A stretch of 63,187 nucleotides of DNA, counting the filler, from Phoronis australis (Eukaryota; Animalia; Phoronida): the NCBI GenBank assembly GCA_002633005.1. It is 6 parts of 6 records of this genome, joined end to end, with 100 filler letters (N's around TTAATTAATTAA, not from the genome) between each part and the next. Parts side by side here need not be neighbours in the genome. Positions count along the whole stretch, not along the records: positions 38,401 to 59,796 come from NMRA01000405.1; 5 more parts are not named here. One strand, written 5' to 3'. Position numbers and translations under genes: made by a program. Positions 46,649 through 58,300 of the stretch are shown in pieces. The notes beneath the pieces were generated by a model. It worked only from the letters and a program-made list of their open reading frames with translations, had not been told where the DNA came from and did not search any database. Numbering within the stretch: the first letter of the stretch is position 1; every line of letters starts with the position of its first letter.

Positions 46649-48192
46649 ACAAGAGCAACGCAGAGCGTTGAAATGCGCCCACAATTGCACCGTATACGGT
46701 ATCCTTCTAGGGTCTTTTATTGGTACCATAAAGTGGCCAGTAGAGGGCATATATGTAGTATGTTGTACTTTGCAAAATGGAAAGGCATGGTCATTGTCTC
46801 CTCAATAGGCTAGGGACAAAATGTGAGTGATCTTCATGATACAAGCACGTCCCATACATCATTGGCTTAAAGCACGGCAGAAACAAAGAATTAAAAACAA
46901 ATTTGCCAACCTACGAGATTAGCACAGCATTAGAATGCCAGAAACAAATTTCTACTTGGAACTTTTCCTTCACAGTCACGAAGTAACACAAAGTATACAC
47001 CTGAAGACCTATGAAAATACCAGAGGTCAATGTAAAATACTAAAATTGCCACTAGAGGCATACCGGTAGTCAGAATCATCCTAAAGTCGTCATCGTCCGT
47101 TGTCAACATCACATAAACACACTTGCTAAATTTAGTAAAGATCCTGAAAACAGTTTGGGAGATACAGCCATGGGCGCAAAAAAAAACTGCCACTAGGAGG
47201 CGCCACAGTAATCAAAGTCATGGGAAATTCAGAGTCAACCGTCCTCTTCATAGCAAGAACATACATGCCAATTTTCACAATCATACTTAGAGCGGTTTGG
47301 TTGATAGAGGGGTGGACGCCAAAAAACAGACTCAAGAACAGTAAAAATGGCCACTGGGTGTCGCAAACTACGTCGAATCCATCCGAAAACGGGAGGATAG
47401 TGTCATCGCACTAATAGGTCCCTACATATCAAATTTCATGAAAATCCGTTAAGGACTTGTGAAGATACAGAGCTAAACGTAAAAAAATAAAATTGCCACT
47501 AGGAGGCACACTGGTAGGCGGATCCGTGCAAAAGTCATCATCGTCTGCTTTTAACATCATATAAATATACTTATTAAATTTCGGTAGTTGGATCCATCCA
47601 AAAGTCGTCATCTTCCGTTATTAACATCATATAAATATACTTACACAATTTCGTAAAGATCCTGCGAACGGTTTAGGAGATACAGCCATAGGCTGCTACC
47701 ACTAGGAGGCGCCACAGTAGTCGATTTCGTTGGAAAATCATCGTCAACTGTCCTCTACATAGTAAGCATATACATGCCAATTTTCACAATCATCCTTTGA
47801 GCGGTTTGGTTGATAGAGGGGTGGACGCACAAAAACAGACTCGAAAACACTAAAAATGGCCACTAGGTGGCGCAAACTATGTCGAATCCATCTGAAAACG
47901 GAAGGATAGCGCCATCTCACTAATAGATGCCTACATACCAGATTTCATGAAAATTCGTTCAGGACTTTTGAAGATACAAAGGTAAGCGTAAAAAAATAAA
48001 ATTGCCACTAGGGGGCACACCGGTAGTCGGATCCGTCCGAAAGTTCGCACATCCCGTCCCATTCATAAATGAAACATATGTGCCAAATTTCATGAACACA
48101 TGTCAAAGGGTTTTGGAGATAGAGCAGCGGACGCCGGACGGACGGACGGAGATGACGGCATAATGCGTCCACATATAAATATGTGGGCGCAT
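46649..48192 (-). mobile_element. HINE family 1, copy D (inside the Penelope RT)
   Basis: Both termini are intact. Excision rejoins the Penelope frame SKTHF|VFNGE. No TSD. Confidence 0.88.
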
Positions 48193-48737
48193 AAAAATGG
48201 GTTTTGCTGGTAGCAAATTTGAATAGCTCCATGAGTTCAGCTCGAGTAATCTTTACACTGGGATTTTTTTTCATTATACAGTCAGTAGCCAAAGATATAC
48301 ATTCGTCCACAGGTAGGTTAGTAAACAAACTCGCAATGTCAAAAGAAGCCATGAATCGATTCCCGACAACTTGACCCCTAACCTCAGAAACAAAAGAGAA
48401 TGTATCACCTGCTGTGTAGTTCTCATTTATATGTGGTTTGAGTAGCTTACATAGGTACTTGGCAAGATTGTAATTGAAAGTATTCACAGATGACAAGATA
48501 GGTCTAAATGGAGGGATGGAATCCTCTGTTTGTTTGTGTATTTTTGGTAGGCCCTATAGTCTACCTGGCTGTGAACCTTGTGGATAAAAATAGTTGTACG
48601 TTTCAGTAACTAAACGACCATCATTCTTAATTTTGCGTAAAAACCTCTGCAGCTGTCCTTCTCTAGTTAGTGTAGGTTCTGCTTTGACACGTCTAAACTT
48701 CGATACATTTCTCTAACTTTGAAGGTTTATATCCCAG

Positions 48738-49905
48738 ACAAGAGCAACGCGGAGCGTTGAAATGCGCCCACGAATGCATCGCAAATGGTGTGATTTTAGG
48801 GTTCTTTATATGTATCATAAAAATTGTCACTAGCTGGCGCAAAAACGTACAATCCATCAAAAAACGGGAACATGTCATTTTTCATAAAAATCTGTCAAGG
48901 AACTTCAGAGAAACAAAGAAAAACAGAACAAAATGAAATTGTCACTTGTAGGCACAGGGTCCGTTCCATCCGCCTGAAAGTCGTCGTCTGTTATCTTCAT
49001 ATAAATTCACTTACTAAATTTAATAAAGATCATGCAGTGGGTTTTGGAGATACAGCTAGGGGTGCAAAACAAAACAAAACTACCACTAGGAGGCGCCACA
49101 GTAGTCAGTCGCCATCATCAAACGTCCTCTTTACACTGAAAACATGTACCCCAATTTTCAAAACCATCCTTAGAATGCTTTGGTTGAATGAGGGGTGGAC
49201 GCCAAAAATAAGGTTTGAAAAACACCAAAAATGGCCACCAGGTGGCGCAAAATACCTCGATTCCATCCAAATAACAGGGTGATAGCGTCATCTCACCAAC
49301 AGATGCCTGTATTCAAAACATTTTATGTGTTGAGGACCATTGAAGATACAGACTGATAAACGTAAAAACTAAAATTGCCACTAGGGGGCCCACCAGTAGT
49401 CAGATCCGTCCTTAAGTCGTCGTCGTCCAATGTAAACATCATATAAATACAATTGCTAGATCAAGTAAAGATCCTGCAAACGGTTTAACAGATACAGTCA
49501 TGAGCGCAAAAAAACTGCCACTAGGAGGCGCCACAGTAGTCGAACTCGTCCGAAAATCGTCGTCAGTCGTCCACTTCATAGTAAGAACATACATGCAAAT
49601 TTCCACAATTATCCTGAAAGCAGTTTGGTTGACAGACGAGTGGACGCCAAAACACAAGACTCGAAAACAGTTAAAATTACCACTAGGTGGCGCAAAGTAG
49701 GTCGAATCCATCTGAAAACAGAGAGATAGCGTCACCTCATTAACAGATGCCTGTATGTCAAATTTTATGGAAATACATTGAGGACCTTAGAACATACAGA
49801 GGTAAACGCAAAAAATAAAATTCTCACCAGGTGGCCGCCGGGACGGACACCGGGACGGACGGAAATGACGGCATAATGCGCCCACATATAAGTATGTGGG
49901 CGCAT
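48738..49905 (-). mobile_element. HINE family 1, copy E
   Basis: acaagagcaacgcggagcgttgaaatgcgcccac ... gcccacatataagtatgtgggcgcat, with the internal repeat array. Confidence 0.87.
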
Positions 49906-50446
49906 AAAAAAGCTGTTCAGATTTAAGTTAAGTATTCGAATACCATAACTCATACAGCGTTCATGAAACGAAAATGAAATACTCGTGTTTTGGAACAATA
50001 ACTGTGTTTCTGAAATCCCTTCAGGAAGGTTTTCATCAAATGATATTCTATATGTTATTGATACCGCTGTTTTAATATCAACGTGCCTTTGACTGTGCGC
50101 TGAAACAGGTGTGAAACAGTGTACATGAACAATGACAGAAGCCTGGATGACTAGCGAGTAGATTTTTCACATTGCTTTTCCAAATCAAACAAGTGTTCGG
50201 TAAAGTTTTGATGGCTCATAGAATGCATGCAGTTAAAACATGTAAATATATCCATGACGTTTACAGCTGAACGTCACCATACCTTTTGGCTTTGGTGTTA
50301 ATCGTGTAAGTGGTACTGCAACACCTTTGGTACACTGTCACTTCTCGCAACGTCATATGATCTGAATTGAAAACTACAAGTAAGATAGAGTGTGGGCAGA
50401 AGTTATGAAGCCACGATATTCGAGGGTTTGAACGTTTACAGTTCCA

Positions 50447-51757
50447 ACAAGAGCAACGCGGAGCGTTGAAATGCGTCCACGAATGCATTGCAAATGGTGT
50501 GCTTTTAGGATTATTCATTTGTATCATAAAAATGGCCATTAGATGGCGCAAAAATATACAATCCATCCAAAAACAGGAACATGCCATATTTCATAAAAAT
50601 CTGTCAAGGAACTTCAGAGAAACAAAGGAAAACAGAATAAAATTAAATTACCACTAGTGGACACAGTGTCCTTTGGATCCGCCTGAAAGTCGTAGTCGTC
50701 TGTTGTTATCTTCATATAAACACACTTACTAAATTTAGTAAAGATCCTGCAGTGGGTTTAGGGGATACAACTATGGGCGCAAAACAAAACTACCACTAGG
50801 AGGTGCCAAAGTAGTCAGTCACCATCATCAAAGGTCGTCTTCACACTGAGAACATATATGCCAATTTTCAAATGATTTGGTTGATACAGGGGTGGACGCC
50901 AAAAACAAGATTTGAAAACAGCAAAAATAGCCACTAGGTGGTGCAAAATACCTCGATTCCATCCAAAAACAGGAAGATAGCGCCATCACAACAATAGATG
51001 CCTACATTCAAAATTTTATGAAAATCTATTGAAGACCTTTGAAGATACAGAGTTAAAGGTAAAAAACTAAAATTGCCACTAGGGGGCACAGCAGTAGTCA
51101 GATCTGTCCGAAAGTCGTCGTCATCCGCAGTCAACATCATATAAATACACTTGCTAAATTAAGTAAAGATCCTGCGAATGGTTTAGGAGATACAGCCACA
51201 GGCGCAAAAAACAAAACTGCCACTAGGAGGCGCCACAGTAGTCGAAATCGTCGGAAAATCATCGTCAACCGTCCTCTTTATAGTAAGCACATACATGTCA
51301 ATTTTCACAATCATCCTTTGAGCGGTTTGGTTGATAGAGGGGTGGACGCAAAAAACAGACTCGAAAGCAGTAAAAATGGCCACTAGGTGACGCAAACTAA
51401 GTCGAATCCATCCGAAAACGGGAGGATAGCGTCATCCCACTAATAGGTGCCTACATACCAAATTTCACGCAAATCCGTTAAGGACTTTTGAATACTCAAA
51501 GGTAAGCGTAAAAAAATAAAATTGCCACTAGGGGGCACACCGGTAGTCGGATCCGTCCGAAAGTTCGCTCATGCCGTCCCATTCATGATTGAAACACATG
51601 TGTCAAATTTCATGACCGTATGTCAAAGGGTTTTGGAGATAGAGCAGCGGACGCCGGACGCCGGACGCCGGACGGACGGACGAACGCCGCACGGACGGAC
51701 GGACGGACGGACGGAGATGACGGCATAATCCGTCCGCATATAAATATGTGGGCGCAT
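50447..51757 (-). mobile_element. HINE family 1, copy F
   Basis: Same termini, expanded (ggac)n/(ggacgcc)n tract at 51649-51715, and eight internal monomers. Confidence 0.87.
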
Positions 51758-54112
51758 AAAAATGTCAAATACTTTGATTTAAATACCGTTCACACAACGA
51801 AAATGAAATGATCATATTTTAGACCACTAACACTATTTCTGAGATCATTTCAGGAATACTTTCATAACAATAAATTCGATCTTGTTATTGATACCGTTGT
51901 CTTACTATCAACGTGCCTTTGTTTTTTTTTTGTTTTTTTTTGCTAAGTTTTACGGTTTTTGAGAGACTGCGCCCTGAAACCAGGTATGAAACAGTGTACA
52001 TCAATAAATACAAATGCCTGAATGATTGGCAAGTAGATTATTCACTTCGCTTTTCCAAATCAAACAAGTATTTGGTCATAATTTGATGGCACTGTGGAGT
52101 ACTCACATGTTGTCGAAACTGGTAACTTCCAGCATGTTGACAGACATGGTGTCTGTAGCGTTAGTGGTCTTACGGCACCTTTGGTATACTGTCACTGCTC
52201 GCTACGTTAGTTCCTGCATGTTTTACATGTCAGCCAAAGTCCAGTTGTTCGACAAATGTCCAAGTCGTCAAACATCTACAATAAGATTAAAAGGAAATCA
52301 ACCCCTTAGAAGTGAAAAACCAATATGACCGGAATTGATATCTAAAAGTGAGAGAGTTTGGGTCGATGGTATGACATCACGGTATTCCTAAGTGCTTCGC
52401 TGTCGATGACTTTGAATCGCTTGTGGGTGTCATGGACCTTTGGATTAGCTTCGAAATAACTGGCTTTTCTGTCTGTTTGAATTCTGAACCTTCGGACTTA
52501 TAGGGCCTTTATAAAAACAATTTTCATTTGTCACATAATTTGCCTTCAGGCTTCTGAACCTTCACAGTATCGAGCTCGATCCTATTTACACTAATGTGTT
52601 ATGATTCGCAAGCTACGCCAATTACCTGCTTAATTTTAGTCTTCGGTAGTTAATTTCGGTCTTCCATCGTTCTCCTTCCGTTTTCGTTATCCGTGGGTAG
52701 CATCGTATCTTTGTTGCGTGAATATGGCGCGTAAGTAAACAAAAACCGGCATTAATAACAATCGAGGAATCAACTAAGGTTTTCAATTTGCAACTCGAAT
52801 AGTATTACTAACTGAAAAATCCTTGTCAATGTCACGGCAGCCACTTCTCAGTTCCATCTGATAGCGGCATCTGCAGAGGAATTCAAATAATATCATTCAG
52901 CATGCGACCTTGAACGTCATTTGGATTTTTTCATGCTGTCTTTCTTGTAATGTCAGAACTTGTGTTAGTATGTTAGTGCAATTGTTAGTCAGGGTTAGAA
53001 TGAGCATTAGCGTCAACGCGAATATACCAGCAAGACAAGTAACATACGTCTAGTGCAAGTGAATGGTAATAGATTTGATGGATGGAGAGATCTATCTATT
53101 TTAAAAGTACATGTGCGTCATCACCACCCAAGCATCAATACTTGAGTACAACCAAGAGCGCGATTAAAATACAGTCAATTCTCAATACTTGAAATTAATT
53201 GCAAAGATCTATATACCACACAGAGTTGTCAAAGGTGGGGAACTGTAACTACAAGAAACAGCCAGACAAAACCGATATCAATAACGAAAGTTAAACACCT
53301 CCATCGTCCTTCATGTATTGGGTAAGACAGCATCTCATAGCGTGCACCTTCACGTAAGAGGAAACTCCCGTGATTTTTTTACCTTTCCGACTCTGGTGGC
53401 TCAGCGACATCTTTGGTTCGCTGCTAGTGTTGGCGAGGTCAGGGTCGTCCTAAAATGTCTACATTTCTCTAACTTTAAAATACCTGTTCAAGTTGATGTA
53501 TACTTTCAAATACAATGATTAAACAATGTTCACAAAACTTAAATGAAATGATTATATTTACAGTGTTTCACTCCTGGAACATTTTTATCAAACGAATATC
53601 CACTTTGTTTTTAATACCGTTGTCTTACTCTCAATGTACCTTTTTAGCAGAAATTTACGCTTCTTGGGAAACTGTGCCTTGAAACCAGGTGTGAAACAGT
53701 GTACATGAATAAAGACAGATGCCTGAATGACTGGCGAGTAGTTTTACTTCGCTTTTCCAAATCAAACAAGTGTTTGTTCACATTGTGATGGCTCACACGA
53801 GTACACGCATGTAGACCGAACCAGTGACTTTCAGCTGATCGGTACCATAACTCTTGGCTCTGGTGTTACCCGTGGTCCTGTAGCACCATTTGTAAACTGC
53901 TCGCTACGTCAGGTCCCGCATGTTAATTGTAGACTGGTCAGCCACAGTCCTGTTGTTTGACGAATGGCCAAGTCGGAACAAACAACTACAAAAAGGTAAA
54001 GGAAAATCAATTCTTTAGAAGCGACAAAACCTATAGTACCTCACTGCCCTCAGTTAACAGCAACAAGTGAGATACAACTGAGACCCGACGGCATGAAATC
54101 ACGGTGGTCATG

Positions 54113-54212
54113 GTTCCGGACGGACGCCGGATGGACGCCGGACCTGACGCTGGACGGACGCCGGACGGCGATGACGGCATAATGCGTCCACATATAAATA
54201 TGTGGGCGCATA
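54113..54212 (-). mobile_element. HINE family 1 terminal fragment
   Basis: Only the (ggacgcc)n tract plus gatgacggcataatgcgtccacatataaatatgtgggcgcat remain. Confidence 0.8.
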
Positions 54213-54499
54213 ATAACACACTAGTTAATCAAAATCCAGTAGTTTGACAAAAAGTGAAGTCGCTTACATAAGATCTTCTAATTAGCCTATACAAATACCA
54301 GTTTTCTGCTCTGTGGTTTGAAACCAGTTATAAAACCATGCACAGGAATACTTTCAATAGATCATACAAGTACAACCATGTAGTCGAAAGCTAAAACTTC
54401 CGGGATGCTTTCAGATGAGACACACAATACCTTTTGACTTTGGTTTGTTTGGTTCACAGTTATTGGGATATCATCGGGATTCGTTCGGAAGTTTGTGCC

Positions 54500-55303
54500 G
54501 CCCGTAATTACGATCACAATTACAACACAGACTGCGCTCGTGTTTTACGACCGTAATCGTTAAATCCAATGAGAAATTGGTTTGTAGTTTACGTGAGCTC
54601 AGCAGAAATTTTACGCTCGAAATTTTGCGCTCGAAATTTTACGCTCGAAATTTTACGCTCGTAATTTTAGCAAGTAGCCCTTTGATTCAAGTACCAGTCC
54701 ACGAGATCACCAGCATTTGACATTGTTTTGTGGTGCAAATGGTTTGTTATCCAAGTGTCTTGAATAAAGAATGAATAATTCACCATCAACATTTGGAAAC
54801 TACTACAGCATTACCCCCAGAAACCGATTTGAACCAATGTTTTTGCAATTTCATATTATCTGCACGCACCGTTAAGAGTACGAAAACGAAACTTGATCCA
54901 AATAATAAAAAAACATGATAATTTTAACAAATGAAATAAGACAACCTGCTAGATATACATTTTGGCACCTCAGTATGTACTAAAACGGACCACTTTCAAA
55001 TGCATGGGATAGCTAGAGCAGCAAGTAAAAAAAGGTCAGTCAGTCATCGATGTTTTTCAATCTTTTGCTCTGATAAACTTTGCACCTGGGATTTTATCTT
55101 CTGAACACTTCATAATATGTGCAAGAATACGAGCGTAAAATAACGTACATAAAATTACTATTGTAAAATGACGAACGTAAATTTACGAGCATACAACTGC
55201 TTCAGAGCTCACGTGACCTACAGGCCAATTTATCATTGGATATCAGAATTACAGTAGTAAAACGCTAGCTTTGTAATAGTCTCGGTCGAAATAATTACGA
55301 GCA
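54500..55303. mobile_element. MITE with long imperfect inverted repeats containing 14-bp subrepeats
   Basis: cgtaatt..ttttacgaccgtaat..atccaatgagaaattggtttgtag..acgtgagctc pairs with gagctcacgt..ctacaggccaatttatcattggat..attacagtagtaaaac..aattacg. (gaaattttacgctc)n at 54605-54670 is mirrored by acgagcgtaaaat-type repeats at 55128-55190. Confidence 0.65.
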
Positions 55304-58300
55304 TCCATCAAAATCCAGTGGTTTGACAATTGCAAAATTACTCAAACAAAATAAAGCAATTAAGATAACATGATATTAACCCCCGAGAAAAAACAGAACA
55401 TATTTGAGCTGAACTGAAAACTTTCAGTGTATGTATTTTACAACGTAAAGTGTAAATTGAATTGGTTAGGAAAATAAAGCAACGTCGCTGCAAAGAGGAA
55501 AAATATCAGAAAACTGGATTTCTTACAGTGCTGTTGTTGGTGAATGTATAGGATTGTATTCTGTCAGTCAAAAAACAAAAATAAGTGTTTTTATTCGTAA
55601 CAACTTAAAATAACTAGTGAATACCATTCAATCATTCCCCATGTTGTCCTTATAATTGCCACCGAACCTGACTTGCACCGTTTTTTTCATTTTAGACCAT
55701 CTAAAAACATCAAAAGCAAAAAATTTACTGACTGATTTAAATAGACTAAAAAGTTCAGAATACATGCCATAGTTAGTAAAATTGATCATTTAATCCCAAA
55801 CACCTCTTAAAAAGTTCTTATTACTTCAACGGCGCTGTGTGTGATTGCGATAATGCAAGCACAGTTTTTGTGAGATCTTTGCAAAAGTATACCCTCCTTT
55901 CTGCGAATTTGACTACACTACAAAAAAGAAGCTCTAAACCTTGCGGCCAAATGATATCGATTTTTAAATCAATATATTCTGGCCGATGTAATTATGATAA
56001 TATCAATAAGCACAGTGCACATTGCCAAACTTTGTTTGGGTCCTTTTGAGAGGAACTGGCTCTCCGAGGAAGTAGCTTCAAACAGGTGCGTGCATATAAA
56101 TCCCCGAACATTTTGCTCCAAATTACTGACCAGAACTTCGTGTCACGAAAGTTCATTTTTTAATTTTCGGAGTTGTCTAGTATCTTTTTAGTGCCGGACT
56201 TGTACTAGCGACGTACTTTGGGGGCCAACATAGCCCACGTCATGCAGTGTTGTTCCGCAACACCACGTCACGATATTAACGGTTGAGTGATTTACGGCGG
56301 ATCATTTTCAATACCAAACTCGTTCTTAAAATTTGGTAATGTTCAACCTACTTAATTCATATTCACATCGTCACTATATACTGTGTTTCAACCTAATATG
56401 ATCAAGCAATCACAGAAATGAGGAAATAGGGTGCAAGTTTCACTTTAAATCACTAGTCTCTGGTGTCATAGACCCTCAGACTAGTTTCGAACTAACTAGT
56501 TTTACATTCTGTCGGATTTGTGAATCCTCGCATTCACAGGGCCTTTTAAAAATATTTTCATTTGTCGGATTATGGGCCTTTGGACTTGTGAAAGTTCGAA
56601 GTATCTATGTATTGCACTGTGACCCGCAAGCAACATTATATTACCTTTCTTAATCTTAATCTTCGGTAGTTGATTTTCTTCTTCCGTCCTCCTTCATCCA
56701 TTTCGGTTATCCGTGGCTAGCAGCTTACCGTTGGGGGTATGGGTAGGGTGTAAATATACAAAGTGCATTAATAAAATTTACAAACAATCGACAAATCAAA
56801 GATTGATTTCAATTTTAAACTCTGAGACTAATTGAAAACTCCTTTCTTCCCTACTTCGGCATTCATCGATCACGGGAACCACTGCTGGTTGTGGCGTCTG
56901 CAGAGGAATTCAATTAACACCATTCAACATGCATTTTGTGACTTTGAACGTTGTGTTCATTCATGCTGTCTCTCTTATTAGGTGTTAGGACACCTGTTAG
57001 TACGTTAGTGCAATTGTTAGTAGGGGTTAGAAAGAGCAGCAAGAAAAGTAACAAACGTCATGTGCAAGCGAATGATAATAAAATTGATAGATGGATAGAT
57101 CTATCCATTGAAATGCATGTGCGTCGTCGACCCATGTGTACAACCCAAAGTACAATTAAATACAGCCAACACTTAAAATATATTACAACGAACTGGAGAC
57201 CACCCTGTTGTCACGGGTGGAGAATTGTCATCCAGACTAAAATTTGATGAATAACGGAACTTACACACCTGCATCATCCGGCATGTATCGGATAACACAT
57301 CATCTCATTCTGCGCGCCCTCTCGGAAATTGCCACAATCTGACACAGCAGGCCGTTCAACTCAAAGGGAAAATTTCTATTGGTCATTCTATTACTCCTCG
57401 GAAGGGGTTGTAGCTCTTTCCGATAAAATCTGGGCACTTACAGACCGTTGTATATCAGTAATTATTTAAAGTATATCTGAAATAATTATCAAGTTACAAC
57501 TGCTAGTGAAGACATTTACAAATTTAACCAAGCCATCGAAGTGCAACAACCAGATAACCACGTCGTTACACCATCCAAATCAATAAACCCGTCTTTTAGA
57601 AATTCTGAATACTGAAAGTGTGTTCTCAATGGAAGTCATATGTGATCCTGCAGTGAAGACTCTGGCGGATAGATCTTTGTGGAAACTGCATTTCAATGGG
57701 ATACCTTCAAAAACCGCATGTGGGCTACGACAAAGTCATGACACAGGTCGTTCATCGGTATTGTTTCGTGGACAGGAGATTTGCCTTAAAGGCGGTGGTA
57801 CCTCAAACAATTGACGGGCAGGCAGGTGTCTTTGTAGCAAATCTGTCAACTTCAAGAGCCATGTCTTTCGATTTAGAGAACTCGTATTGCTTTCCACTAC
57901 CAGGCTCTACTCCGTGGCGTATTTAGGGGAGAGGGCATCACGTGACTTATAGTTAAGTCTAATAATATTGACCGGGACTTTCTGCTAACTGAAGGTTAGC
58001 AGAAAGTTTATAAAGTAGCACTGGATTTCTAAAAATAGGATTCATTTTCTAAAATAGTTTTGAATTTCTGAAATACCTTTGAATAGGATTGAATTTATAT
58101 AACAAGATTGAATTTATAGAATTGCATTGAATTTTCAGTAGGATTGATTTTTATTTCAATTAAGAGTGAATTGATTAAAGAGCATTGAGTTTACAAAATA
58201 GGATTTTTATTTTTAAATAATACTTGCCTCTTCTGCTGCCCATTTAAACCACTCCTCTCATGGGAAACTCACTTCCCAGACTGAATTTTGTGCCGCGTAC

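Larger units (their letters stand above)
45445..48703 (-). mobile_element. Penelope-like retroelement (RT + GIY-YIG endonuclease), 5'-truncated, interrupted by HINE copy D
   Basis: Motifs GLPKIHK..PPFRPILS..NYNLAKYL, SFDIASLFTNLP, QIDGIAMGSPLAP, RYVDDVF, LPFLDV, and VVYKFICAGCGSSYLGET..L.TR.KEH (GIY-YIG). 12-bp TSD tacatttctcta at 45433-45444 and 48704-48715. One stop near 48555 and a frameshift near 46040. Confidence 0.93.
39400..57330. repeat. Old degenerate tandem array of a ~1.7-kb unit (4-5 partial copies), interrupted by younger TEs
   Basis: Landmarks recur: gaaaccaggt[ga]tgaaac (39776, 50102, 51976, 53681); ctgca[ga]aggaatt (42360, 44894, 52871, 56898); tagta[tc]gttagtgcaa (~43712, 45007, 52966, 56998); c[ct]tc[at]cg[gt]aa (39850, 44083, 45358, 53348, 57319). 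Confidence 0.8.

Noticed and set aside
45986-48496. ORFs 45986..46750 and 48008..48496 as two separate genes
   Set aside because: They are halves of one Penelope RT, each fused to HINE-derived sequence at the insertion point.
46930-51811. Many similar short ORFs (..TTVAPPSGSF.., ..LPLGGATVV..) as a peptide gene family
   Set aside because: They are translations of the HINE monomers on both strands, with random stops and frameshifts between copies.
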